A stretch of DNA of 32,000 nt from Corynebacterium glutamicum ATCC 13032 (GCF_000011325.1 NC_003450.3:870001-902000); one strand, 5' to 3'. Shown: positions 18,601 through 27,229, counted from the stretch's first letter. Numbers and translations: made by a program. Notes: generated by a model from the sequence alone, not told the origin.

Positions 18601-21600
18601 CACTTCCAGAGGCAGTTCAGGACGGCACCCCATTCGGCACCGTCCGCGATTCTTTCACCCTGCCTGCATCCCTGCTGACCGCACACACCGCAGTCACCGG
18701 CGCAGCGCTGGAAGCACACAACGTTGGCACCCCAGACGTCCTGATGGGCGCTTGCTGGCCAGCAATCTACGCGGCCCTAGGCACCGGTAAGCTCTCCGAT
18801 GGCTATCCAGTCATCGAAGGCCTGCTCAACGCAGTCCACCTGGATCACCTTCTTGATCTGCGCATCCCACTCGAGGAGCTGGCAAACGGCCGCACCATCG
18901 ATGTTGAGGCACGCACCGACTCCATCGAAGAGTCCGCATCCGGCCGTATCGTTACCGTGCGCATCGTGCTCACCACCGAAGGCGAAGTAGCAGCCAAGCT
19001 GGTTACCCGCTTCGCAATTCGTGGACGCATCACCACCAACGAAATGGCTGCACCAGCAGATTCCTACGGCGCACGCGACGAAGTTGTCGAGGCAACCCCT
19101 CGTTCCTTCATCCGCCAGGCAACTGTTTCTGCACCTGCAGACATGACCCCATTCGCCATGGTTTCTGGTGACTACAACCCAATTCACACCTCTGACAACG
19201 CTGCAAAGCTTGTTGGCCTGGACGCAGCTCTTGTCCACGGCATGTGGCTGTCCGCTACCGCACAGCACCTCGCTGGTCTTGGCTCTGAGGTCATTGGTTG
19301 GACCTACTCCATGTACGGCATGGTTCAGCTCAACGACGTTGTTGACATCACCGTCGAGCGTGTTGGCCGCGCAGGTCTGAAGCCTGCATACGAGGTCACC
19401 TGCCGCATTGATGGCAACGTTGTCTCCCGCGGACAGGCACTGCTCAAGGCTCCTTCCACCGCTTATGTTTACCCAGGCCAGGGCATCCAGGCTAAGGGCA
19501 TGGGCCAGGGCGATCGCACCGCAAGCGCAGAGGCTCGCGCTGTGTGGGAGCGTGCAGATGCACACACCCGCGCAAACCTGGGCTTCTCCATCCAGCAGGT
19601 CATTGATGAAAACCCAACTGAGCTGAAGGTCGGGGACACCACCTTCGTGCACCCAGCTGGCGTTTTGAACCTCACCCAGTTCACGCAGGTCGCGCTCGCC
19701 GTGGTTGCCTACGCTCAGACCGAGCGCCTCAAGGCTGCAAACGCAATTGTCGACGGCTCCCTCTACGCAGGCCACTCCCTCGGCGAGTACACCGCACTGG
19801 CATCCTTGGGCAACATCTTCGAACTCGAAGGCGTCATCGACGTTGTGTTCTCCCGCGGTTCCGCAATGCACTCCCTGGTTCCACGTGATGAGAAGGGCCG
19901 TTCCAACTACGGTCTTGCCGCATTCCGTCCGAACATGATCAACGTTGCAGCCACCGAGGTGGAGAACTGGGTTGACCGTGTCGCTGAAGAATCCGGCGAA
20001 TTCCTGCAGATCGTTAACTACAACGTTGATGGCCAGCAGTACGCAGTCGCAGGTACCTTGGCTGGCCTGAAGGCCCTCAAGGCTTCTGCATCTGCAAACC
20101 CACGTGCTTACGTGAACATTCCAGGCATTGACGTGCCATTCCACTCCAGCGTCCTGCGCCCAGGCGTTCCTGCTTTCGCAGAGAAGCTGGACGAGCTGCT
20201 GCCAGAGACCATCGACATTGATGCTCTTCGCGGCCGCTACATCCCGAACCTGGTTGCTCGTCCTTTCGAGCTCACCCAGAGCTTCGTGGATGCCATCCTT
20301 GCTGTTGTTCCATCCGAGCGCCTCAAGGGCATCAAGGTGGAGGACACCGACGAGAACACCCTGGCACGTCTGCTCCTCATCGAGCTGCTGTCTTGGCAGT
20401 TCGCATCCCCTGTGCGTTGGATCGAAACCCAGGCTCTGATCATCGATACCGTCGATCAGATCATCGAGGTCGGCTTGGCAGCATCGCCAACCCTGACCAA
20501 CCTGGCACTGCGCACCATGGATGTCATTGGCAAGTCCCGCCCAGTATTCAACGTGGAGCGCGACCAGGACACCGTTATGCTCAACGATGTTCGCCAGGCA
20601 CCTGTTGCTGAGGTTGAAGAAGAAGCAGTTGAGGAAGCACCTGCAGCAGCCGCAGCTCCAGCAGCTGAGGCACCAGTTGCTGCAGCTCCAGTAGCCGCAG
20701 CCGCACCTGCACCTGTTGGAAACGCACCTGAACTGAAGTTCAACGCTGCCAATGCCATCATGGTTCTCTTCGCTGTCCAGAACAAGATCAACATTGATCA
20801 GATCACCGCAGCGGATACCTCTGAGACCCTGACCAACGGTGTGTCCTCACGCCGTAACCAGATGCTCATGGACATGTCCACCGAGCTGTCCGTCCCAACC
20901 ATCGACGGCGCAGCTGACGCTGACGTAGCTACCCTGCAGGGACGTGTTGTCACCGCAGCTCCTGGCTACAAGCCTTTCGGACCAGTTCTTTCCGAGACCG
21001 TTCGTGCACGTCTTCGCGCACTGACCGGTGCAGCAGGTCTGAAGACCTCCTACATCGGCGATCGCGTGACCGGCACCTGGGGACTTCCAGAAAGCTGGAC
21101 CGCACACGTTGAGGTTGAATTGCTGCTGGGCACCCGCGAAGGCGAGTCCGTCCGCGGCGGCAACCTGGGTAGCCTGCCTGCTAACGCATCCAGCAAGGGC
21201 GACGTCGATGCGCTTATCGACGCAGCCGTGCAGAATGTTGCTGCAGCCAACGGCACCAGCGTCTCCATGTCCTCCGGCGGTGCAGCTTCAGGTGGCGGAG
21301 TTGTTGATTCCGCAGCACTTGATGCCTACGCATCCACCGTCACTGGTGAAGAAGGCGTCCTGGCAAACGTTGCTCGCGGCATCCTGTCTCAGCTTGGTCT
21401 CGACACCAAGGACGAGGTTGAAGGCGCAGAGATCGACACCGAACTCTACGACGCTGTCGAAGCAGAACTGGGCACCGGCTGGCTGAAGCTTGTCACCCCA
21501 GTGTTCTCCGCTGATCGTGCGATCTTGTTCGACGACCGTTGGGCATCTGCACGTGAAGATCTGGCACGCCTTGCCAACGGCGAGGATATTGCCGTCGAGC

Positions 21601-24581
21601 GCTTTGCTGGAACGGGGGAGACCGTCGTCAAGCAAGCTGCATGGTGGGCTGAGCACGTTGAAGACACCGCTCTCGCTGCAACCCTGAAGCAGGTTTCCGA
21701 GGTGGCTGCGAAGCCAGCCAACGAGCCACACATCGACGATGTTGCGCTGGTTACCGGTGCGGCTCCTGAGTCGATCGCCGGTGCAGTTGCGGCTCGCCTG
21801 CTGTCCCAGGGCGCGACCGTCATTCTCACCGCATCGAACGTCTCCCAGGCGCGTAAGGAATACGCACGCAAGCTCTACGCTGCGAACGCAACCCCTAACG
21901 CAAAGCTGTGGATTGTTCCTGCGAACATGTCCTCCTACCGCGATGTTGATGCAGTCATCGATTGGATCGGCAACGAGCAGCGCGTCACCGTCGGCAGCAC
22001 CGTCACCGTGACCAAGCCAGCTCTGACCCCAACCCTTGCGTACCCATTCGCAGCTCCATCCGTATCCGGTACCTTGGCGGATGCAGGCCCACAGGCTGAA
22101 AACCAGGCACGCCTGCTCCTCTGGTCCGTGGAGCGCACCATCGCAGGACTTGCAGATCTTGCATCCCGCGGTGTCGATGGACGCGTCCACGTTGTACTCC
22201 CAGGTTCCCCGAACCGCGGAATGTTCGGTGGCGACGGCGCTTACGGCGAAGTCAAGGCTGCTTTCGACGCCATCCTTGCCAAGTGGGGCTCCGAGACCGG
22301 CTGGCCACAGTTTGTCTCCCTCGCACAGGCACGCATCGGCTGGGTCGCAGGCACCGGCCTCATGGGTCGCAACGACGTGCTCATCCCTGCCGCTGAAAAG
22401 CTGGGCATCCACGTCTACACCCCTGAAGAGATCTCTTCCGAACTGCTGGGTCTTGCATCCGCAGAATCCCGCGAAAAGGCTCTGGAAGCACCGATCGATT
22501 ACGACCTGACCGGTGGACTTTCCGGTGGCGTATCCATCGCAGCACTGGCAGCATCCCTCGAGTCCGACGCAGTAGAGACCACCTCTGCAGCAGAAGACAC
22601 CATCAAGGCGCTTCCATCACCTAAGCACCCAGAGCAGCCAGTGGGCACGCCAGTTGGAGAGGTCAAGACCGATCTCGAAGACATGGTTGTCATGGTTGGC
22701 GTTGGCGAAGTCTCCTCATGGGGCTCCGGACGTACCCGCTTCGAAGCTGAGTACGGCATCCAGCGCGACGGCTCCGTTGACCTCACCGCAGCAGGCGTCC
22801 TTGAGCTTGCATGGATGATGGGTCTGATCTCCTGGAGCGAAGATCCAAAGCCAGCCTGGTACGACGCTGACGGCACCGAAGTGCCTGAAGAAGAGATCTA
22901 CGAGCGCTTCCGCGACGAAGTCATCGCACGATGCGGTGTTCGTGAGCTTGTCGACGACGCATTCCTCGTCGACGGCGGCTCCCTCGACGCAGCTGAAGTC
23001 TTCCTCGACCGCGACATCTCCTTCTCCGTAACCTCTGCTGAAGAAGCACAGGCCTACGTCGATGCAGATGCTTCCGTGACCGTTGAAGAAGCAGACGGCG
23101 AATGGATCGTGACCAAGAAGAAGGGCTCCACCTCCTTCGTGCCACGCAAGGCAACCCTGACCCGCTCCGTAGCAGGCCAGCTGCCAACCGACTTCGACCC
23201 TGCCAAGTGGGGTATCCCAGCCTCCATGATCGATGCACTCGACAACATCGCAGCGTGGAACCTGGTCACTGCAGTCGACGCCTTCCTGTCCTCCGGCTTC
23301 AGCCCAGCAGAACTCCTGCAGTCCATCCACCCAGCTGACGTGTCCTCCACCCAGGGCACCGGTATCGGTGGCATGCAGTCCCTACGCAAGCTGTTCGTCA
23401 ACCGCTTCCTCGGCCAGGATCGTCCATCCGACATCCTCCAGGAGACCCTGCCAAACGTTGTGGCTGCACACACCATGCAGTCCTACGTCGGTGGCTACGG
23501 CCAGATGATCCACCCAGTGGCAGCATGTGCAACCGCAGCTGTCTCCGTGGAAGAAGGCGTGGACAAGATCCGCCTCAACAAGGCAGATTTCGTTGTCGCC
23601 GGTGGTATCGATGACATCCAGGTTGAATCCCTGACCGGCTTCGGTGACATGAACGCCACCGCAGACACCCAGGCAATGCTGGACAAGGGCATCGACCCAC
23701 GCTTCATCTCCCGCGCAAACGATCGACGTCGCGCAGGCTTCCTCGAAGCAGCAGGTGGCGGTACCGTCCTCCTGGCACGTGCATCCGTTGCTGCTGAACT
23801 GGGACTGCCAGTTCTCGCAGTTGTTGCACACGCACAGTCCTACGCCGATGGTGCTCACACCTCCATCCCAGCACCGGGACTTGGCGCACTGGGTGCAGCA
23901 CGTGGTGGCAAGAAGTCCGTACTTGCTCGCGAACTGAACAAATTGGGTCTGACCCCAGATGACGTTCGCGTGGTCTCGAAGCACGACACCTCCACCAACG
24001 CCAACGATCCAAACGAGTCCGAGCTGCACAACCTGCTGTGGAAGACCATTGGACGCGAAGCCGACAACCCGATGTTCGTCGTCTCCCAGAAGTCCCTTAC
24101 CGGACACTCAAAGGGCGGTGCAGCACTCTTCCAGATCGGTGGACTTGTCTCCATCCTGGAAACCGGCAAGCTGCCACAGAACGCATCCCTTGACTGCGTT
24201 GACCCAGAGATGGAAGCAAAGGGCGAGAACTTCGTCTGGCTGCGCAAGCCACTGGATCTCGGCGCAGGCTCCATTAAGGCCGGCGTACTTACCTCACTGG
24301 GCTTCGGCCACGTGGCTGCAGTCGTCGTGCTGGCAACCAGCGGCATCTTCGAGCAGGCAATGCGCAACGCAGGCCTCGACGTCGAAGCATGGCGTGCACG
24401 CGCAACCCAGCGCCTGCGCACCGGTGCAAACCGCCTAGAAGCTGGCATGGTTGGCCGAGCACCATTGTTCGAGCAGGTCGACGGACGTCGCCTGCCAGAG
24501 CATGGCGCTCACCAAGCAGAGATCAACTTGCTTATCGACGCTGACGCTCGCCTCGGTGCTGACGGCATCTACCAGGGCTAA
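15672..24581 (+). CDS. fasB: Type I multifunctional fatty acid synthase (FAS-IB)
   Basis: GTG 15672 is preceded by AGGAG (15658-15662). It is a single 2969-codon ORF. Catalytic motifs appear in this order: AT GHSQG (Ser 16041-16043); ER EDGHAGGHHSW (17220-17252); DH SGDYNPIH (19164-19187); MPT GHSLGEY (19770-19790); Ala/Pro linker (20601-20725); ACP LTNGVSSRRNQ (Ser 20844-20846); KR ALVTGAAPESIAG (21744-21782); KS AACATAA (Cys 23526-23528), then KHDTSTNANDP and GHSKGGA. No C-terminal PPTase domain is evident. Confidence 0.97.
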   Translation: MSISSLTPLHSFKEPAILYAGQASAWQQVIADSSEDHITATHLRELLSRSRAKTAPFARQITAIVPGSLARLEELTREDAQIGADIDAQPAVSIPGILLGQIAATRQLRDLGLDVAAASRLGHSQGILGVEAVDNEEDVLAFAILLGAAASQFAGKGAHMLSVRGLSREIIQDTIAGVDGVEVSLRNARAHFVVSGKPEALKKAAAALQRAADVYNEDINEKRKGGSLAEPKFDYLDVAIPFHHSSMQDAADLAVEWATTCGLNVNARALAEAILVNPADWVEQIANLKADYVLSLDAGVSRFTAPLLDGRGISLVPAFSAAERDNLARPGFHVPTAEDWSEFAPKLVKLPNGEHKVLTGFSRLTGYSPIVLAGMTPTTVDPEIVAAAANAGHWAEMAGGGQYSEEVFTKNKEKLVSLLKVGRSAQFNSMFFDRYMWNLQFGAQRIVSKARATGTSINGVVVSAGIPEVEEATELINDLNADGFPYVAFKPGTVDQIRATLKIADANPETKIIIQIEDGHAGGHHSWVNLDDLLLTTYAELRSRKNVVVMIGGGIGTPAKAAYYLTGEWSTDLGFPAMPVDGILVGTAAMATKEATTSPQVKQALVDTPGVDPHDAGGWVGRGDARGGVTSGLSHLHADMYELDNDSAAASRLISSIDSDDYADHREELIEAINKTAKPFFGEVEEMTYAEWIQRWVELAYPTQDPTWDDRFLDLVHRIEARLNEAEHGAITTLFPDHASVENEEEAVEKLLAAYPQAREIQVSARDAAWFIGLCRKHHKPMPWVPAIDADLARWWGLDTLWQSQNERYGANSVRVIPGPVSVAGIDRVDEPVAELLGRFEAACVDALDGEPEEIFARLNESKNEREFLLATPHIVWHGNLIDNPAHVLNEGAFELIEEDGYWVIRILADSYFDDLPVEQRPYLVQHVDIPVELGDAVATGGSPVVSREKLPESVFALLAGVAGVGSVSAAGDEIKALPEAVQDGTPFGTVRDSFTLPASLLTAHTAVTGAALEAHNVGTPDVLMGACWPAIYAALGTGKLSDGYPVIEGLLNAVHLDHLLDLRIPLEELANGRTIDVEARTDSIEESASGRIVTVRIVLTTEGEVAAKLVTRFAIRGRITTNEMAAPADSYGARDEVVEATPRSFIRQATVSAPADMTPFAMVSGDYNPIHTSDNAAKLVGLDAALVHGMWLSATAQHLAGLGSEVIGWTYSMYGMVQLNDVVDITVERVGRAGLKPAYEVTCRIDGNVVSRGQALLKAPSTAYVYPGQGIQAKGMGQGDRTASAEARAVWERADAHTRANLGFSIQQVIDENPTELKVGDTTFVHPAGVLNLTQFTQVALAVVAYAQTERLKAANAIVDGSLYAGHSLGEYTALASLGNIFELEGVIDVVFSRGSAMHSLVPRDEKGRSNYGLAAFRPNMINVAATEVENWVDRVAEESGEFLQIVNYNVDGQQYAVAGTLAGLKALKASASANPRAYVNIPGIDVPFHSSVLRPGVPAFAEKLDELLPETIDIDALRGRYIPNLVARPFELTQSFVDAILAVVPSERLKGIKVEDTDENTLARLLLIELLSWQFASPVRWIETQALIIDTVDQIIEVGLAASPTLTNLALRTMDVIGKSRPVFNVERDQDTVMLNDVRQAPVAEVEEEAVEEAPAAAAAPAAEAPVAAAPVAAAAPAPVGNAPELKFNAANAIMVLFAVQNKINIDQITAADTSETLTNGVSSRRNQMLMDMSTELSVPTIDGAADADVATLQGRVVTAAPGYKPFGPVLSETVRARLRALTGAAGLKTSYIGDRVTGTWGLPESWTAHVEVELLLGTREGESVRGGNLGSLPANASSKGDVDALIDAAVQNVAAANGTSVSMSSGGAASGGGVVDSAALDAYASTVTGEEGVLANVARGILSQLGLDTKDEVEGAEIDTELYDAVEAELGTGWLKLVTPVFSADRAILFDDRWASAREDLARLANGEDIAVERFAGTGETVVKQAAWWAEHVEDTALAATLKQVSEVAAKPANEPHIDDVALVTGAAPESIAGAVAARLLSQGATVILTASNVSQARKEYARKLYAANATPNAKLWIVPANMSSYRDVDAVIDWIGNEQRVTVGSTVTVTKPALTPTLAYPFAAPSVSGTLADAGPQAENQARLLLWSVERTIAGLADLASRGVDGRVHVVLPGSPNRGMFGGDGAYGEVKAAFDAILAKWGSETGWPQFVSLAQARIGWVAGTGLMGRNDVLIPAAEKLGIHVYTPEEISSELLGLASAESREKALEAPIDYDLTGGLSGGVSIAALAASLESDAVETTSAAEDTIKALPSPKHPEQPVGTPVGEVKTDLEDMVVMVGVGEVSSWGSGRTRFEAEYGIQRDGSVDLTAAGVLELAWMMGLISWSEDPKPAWYDADGTEVPEEEIYERFRDEVIARCGVRELVDDAFLVDGGSLDAAEVFLDRDISFSVTSAEEAQAYVDADASVTVEEADGEWIVTKKKGSTSFVPRKATLTRSVAGQLPTDFDPAKWGIPASMIDALDNIAAWNLVTAVDAFLSSGFSPAELLQSIHPADVSSTQGTGIGGMQSLRKLFVNRFLGQDRPSDILQETLPNVVAAHTMQSYVGGYGQMIHPVAACATAAVSVEEGVDKIRLNKADFVVAGGIDDIQVESLTGFGDMNATADTQAMLDKGIDPRFISRANDRRRAGFLEAAGGGTVLLARASVAAELGLPVLAVVAHAQSYADGAHTSIPAPGLGALGAARGGKKSVLARELNKLGLTPDDVRVVSKHDTSTNANDPNESELHNLLWKTIGREADNPMFVVSQKSLTGHSKGGAALFQIGGLVSILETGKLPQNASLDCVDPEMEAKGENFVWLRKPLDLGAGSIKAGVLTSLGFGHVAAVVVLATSGIFEQAMRNAGLDVEAWRARATQRLRTGANRLEAGMVGRAPLFEQVDGRRLPEHGAHQAEINLLIDADARLGADGIYQG

Positions 24582-24597
24582 ACGTTAGATAGCTAAG

Positions 24598-24636
24598 AAA
24601 GCTGCATTCCCTAACGGGAATGCAGCTTTTTGTGTT
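24598..24636 (+). terminator. Rho-independent terminator of fasB
   Basis: 14-bp perfect stem AAAGCTGCATTCCC (24598-24611) / GGGAATGCAGCTTT (24616-24629) with loop TAAC. The T-rich tail TTGTGTT follows. Confidence 0.9.
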
Positions 24637-24702
24637 CCTAGTGCAAATCGAAATCTCATGTGATTTACTTAAAACCTAATTAAATCTACTATCGGAGATC
24701 TC

Positions 24703-25194
24703 ATGAAACTTCTCAAGTTTGCTGCAGCAGGAACCTTCGCACTAGCCCTGGCTGGCTGCACACAGACTGAGTCTCTCGTAGCAACAATCGAATCTGCAAC
24801 CTCTGCAGCACAGGCATCCGGAAACGACGTAGAAGGAGACCAAACCTCCGCGTTCGAACTCTCCGTTGGCGAATGCTTCAACGACACCTACGAAGAAGAA
24901 ATCTCCGAAGTACCCATCGTCGACTGCGCAGAACCTCACGACAACGAGATCTACTACCTCTACGACATCGAAGGCGACGACTTCCCAACCGACATCACCA
25001 CCACAGGCTACGAAGGCTGCCTCCCAACATTTGAAGGCTTCGTAGGAGCTCCTTACGAAACCTCCATCTACGAGGTCTACCCAATGACCCCAACCTTTGG
25101 CTCCTGGACAAACGGCGACCGCGAGGTAGTGTGCTCCGTGTACTTGGCCACCGGTGAGCAGATGACCGGAACCGCAGCAGGAACCGCGCAGTAG
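24703..25194 (+). CDS. Lipoprotein with a septum-formation-type Cys-rich domain
   Basis: Signal peptide plus lipobox MKLLKFAAAGTFALALAGC, with GGAGA 4 nt upstream of the ATG. The pattern GECF..VDCAEPHDNEIYY..GCLPTFEGFVG..GDREVVC resembles the actinobacterial Septum_form domain. Confidence 0.7.
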   Translation: MKLLKFAAAGTFALALAGCTQTESLVATIESATSAAQASGNDVEGDQTSAFELSVGECFNDTYEEEISEVPIVDCAEPHDNEIYYLYDIEGDDFPTDITTTGYEGCLPTFEGFVGAPYETSIYEVYPMTPTFGSWTNGDREVVCSVYLATGEQMTGTAAGTAQ

Positions 25195-25211
25195 ATTTTG
25201 GATAGGGAATT

Positions 25212-25596
25212 TTGAGCTACCAAAAATTGTTAGAAGACTTCATCACAGAAGCACGGGATATTACAGATTCCATGATTGCCAATGCGCAGCGTTACGGCAT
25301 CATCGACAGCAATCCCCGGGGTGAAAAATCCTTGAATTCGGTAGCTTCAAAATTTTGAAGAGGAGGACTTCACCAAAGAATCCTTAGCGTTATTCTTTGG
25401 TGAAGGGTTGGTTCGAGTCCACGGCGGTCAATGGAAGATCATGGCCGGTGAAAGAACTGAAAACCTCCAAATCTCACTTGTCTTTTACGTGGACTTCGGA
25501 GAAAAGGGAGGAACACTCCCATATGGGACCATCAACTATTTCTCAGATAGCCAGGATCCCACTGGGCTGAAAAGGCTCTTTGACATCAGTGTTTAG
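25212..25596 (+). pseudogene. Split small ORF: 48 codons, stop, then about 79 codons in the +1 frame. Probable frameshifted gene remnant.
   Basis: Frame A runs from TTG 25212 to TGA 25356-25358. The +1 frame is open from 25345 to TAG 25594-25596; the track lists only 25408..25596. Both frames are open only across cttcAAAATTTT (25345-25356). The start signals are weak and the region is AT-rich. See findings. Confidence 0.4.
25368..25405. repeat. Perfect 13-bp inverted repeat CTTCACCAAAGAA / TTCTTTGGTGAAG with a 12-nt loop
   Basis: Read directly from the sequence: arms at 25368-25380 and 25393-25405. Confidence 0.8.
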
Positions 25597-26642
25597 CTCT
25601 CGAACAGCTCTTTCAGATTTTTGTCGATCTGTGGGATGTAATTCTCAGAGACGTTAAAAAGCCCAAGGTGACCGGCGATGTCTTCGATCACTCGAAGCTC
25701 GCTGCCTGGGATGAGTGCTTGTTCTGCGGCACAGTCACGAACAGGAAAGAACATGTCCTCGCTGATGGGCATAACGAAGGTCTTAGCCTTCACTCGGCCA
25801 AGAGCCGCTGCCAAGTCGCCGCCGGTGTGGCGAGAGACATCGCCATGCTGCCACTTCCAAGCGTTGTTGAGCAAGGTATTAGGATCCATGGACATGAACA
25901 GCGGATCCAGGAAGTCCGCGAGCACTGACTCCTTACTTTCAAGTCCCAGGCGACGCCATGCCTCCTGCTTCCAGAACTCTGTGGAAAATCCCATGGCAGC
26001 CCAAAGATGCGATTGACGGCGAAGTCCATCAGCTACCTCTTCATGGGAGGAGTATTCGCCGCCATTGAACCCTGGATCGGCCTCAACGGTCTCATTAAGA
26101 GTCTGGGTGAAGATGAAATCATGAGGAGTGTTCTTCGCAGTGCCCGCGATCGGAGCTGCTCGATGAACTTGGTCAGGGAAGCGAACAATCCACTCATAGG
26201 TTTGCTGCGCACCCATCGAACCACCAACGACGGCAAAGAGCTCGGTAATACCAAACTCTTGGCGCAAGAGCCGGTCCTGGGCAACGACATCATCACCAAT
26301 GCGAACATTCGGGAACTTGGACATCGAGATGCTGTCATCAGCCGTGTTGGCAGGGGAGACCGACAAACCATTACCGATTTGGTTGATGGAGATGATGAAA
26401 TACTTTGATGGATCCAGCGCATGATCAGTGCCGATGTACTGCTGGAACCAGGTCTGATGGGTTCCGGAGTACCACGTCGGAATGAGGATGGCGTTGGACT
26501 TGTCCTCGTTGAGCGTTCCAGCTGTAGCGTAAGCCAACCAGCAATCCTCAATCACACCCCCTTCTTCGAGTTCGAGCCGGCCAATGGAAGCGGTTTCGTA
26601 TGGGCCCTGAACCTCTGCGGTGTAAAAACTATTGTCGAGCAT
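25593..26642 (-). CDS. Homoserine O-acetyltransferase (MetX)-like alpha/beta hydrolase
   Basis: 349 codons with AGGAG 5 nt upstream of the ATG. It has the MetX-like N-terminus (LELEEGGVIEDCWLAYATAGTLNEDKSNAILIPTWYSGTH) and the nucleophile elbow VVGGSMGAQQTYEW. The canonical metX lies elsewhere in this genome as I remember it, so this is a paralogue of unknown substrate. Confidence 0.75.
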   Translation of the reverse strand: MLDNSFYTAEVQGPYETASIGRLELEEGGVIEDCWLAYATAGTLNEDKSNAILIPTWYSGTHQTWFQQYIGTDHALDPSKYFIISINQIGNGLSVSPANTADDSISMSKFPNVRIGDDVVAQDRLLRQEFGITELFAVVGGSMGAQQTYEWIVRFPDQVHRAAPIAGTAKNTPHDFIFTQTLNETVEADPGFNGGEYSSHEEVADGLRRQSHLWAAMGFSTEFWKQEAWRRLGLESKESVLADFLDPLFMSMDPNTLLNNAWKWQHGDVSRHTGGDLAAALGRVKAKTFVMPISEDMFFPVRDCAAEQALIPGSELRVIEDIAGHLGLFNVSENYIPQIDKNLKELFES

Positions 26643-26715
26643 GAAAACTCCTAACAGTATGGGGTGTAGGTCACAATATACGACAAAGTTAATCTACGGA
26701 ACACTCGGGCTTTGA

Positions 26716-27144
26716 TCAAGGGTGTACAGACTCGAGAATCCAGCCATCGTTAGCGGTGAATTCCAGCGTTGCAGCAGTGGGGAAGAGCGTGAAGTCAATC
26801 CTTGGTTCAGAGCAAAAGTCGAGGTTTGACCTGCGATATCGCACCCATTTGTATTCGCCCGTGTCACTTTTTAGGAGAAGAAAATTGGTTTGTTCGTCTG
26901 GCCACTTATCTGGCCAGGGGGTATCTCCGACGTCAAGTTCCGCCTTCGCATAGTCACTTGGCGTGTAGGGGCAAACGACTGCAAATTCGGACCATTGATC
27001 GTTGTAAATGTCGTTGAGGGAAACTTGAGCTGTAGCTGTCTCAATGGAGGTGAGATAACTGGAAAGCTCGTCGTTTGCCCCACACGCGGTGAGCGTGAGC
27101 AATGCGGCGGACAGGCCGATGGCTCTCTTCGGGCTCTGTAGCAT
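26716..27144 (-). CDS. Small lipoprotein, function unknown
   Basis: 142 codons. Signal peptide plus lipobox MLQSPKRAIGLSAALLTLTACGAND. Confidence 0.65.
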   Translation of the reverse strand: MLQSPKRAIGLSAALLTLTACGANDELSSYLTSIETATAQVSLNDIYNDQWSEFAVVCPYTPSDYAKAELDVGDTPWPDKWPDEQTNFLLLKSDTGEYKWVRYRRSNLDFCSEPRIDFTLFPTAATLEFTANDGWILESVHP

Positions 27145-27196
27145 GATCTACAGTGTACGTAAGCGTGTATTTTTGCACTTTGGAGGAAATGATGAA

Positions 27197-27222
27197 CCCC
27201 CATTGATGCAGTTCAATGGGGG
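27197..27222 (-). terminator. Hairpin terminator downstream of tRNA-Arg
   Basis: 10-bp perfect stem CCCCCATTGA (27197-27206) / TCAATGGGGG (27213-27222). On the minus strand it is followed by TTCATCATTT. Confidence 0.6.
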
Positions 27223-27229
27223 TAAATTG

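Noticed and set aside
20601-20725. Near-tandem GCAGC/CCAGC repeats resembling a microsatellite or repeat array
   Set aside because: They lie in frame within fasB and encode the Ala/Pro interdomain hinge. There are no spacers or unit regularity, so this is low-complexity coding sequence, not a repeat element or CRISPR.
16593-24448. Several long minus-strand ORFs inside fasB (306, 455, 374, 241 and 197 aa, among others)
   Set aside because: The uninterrupted 2969-codon plus frame carries all FAS-I catalytic motifs. The antisense frames are Cys/Gly/Val/His-rich and lack start signals. Their length reflects fasB codon bias, not nested genes.
25405-25431. Possible tRNA gene, or tRNA 3'-end attachment scar, suggested by GGTTCGAGTCC
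   Set aside because: The T-stem pairs for only 3 bp, and there is no matching 5' acceptor strand, D arm or anticodon arm upstream. The orientation and sequence differ from the nearby tRNA-Arg, so it is not a direct repeat of that gene. I keep it only as a note under the hairpin finding.
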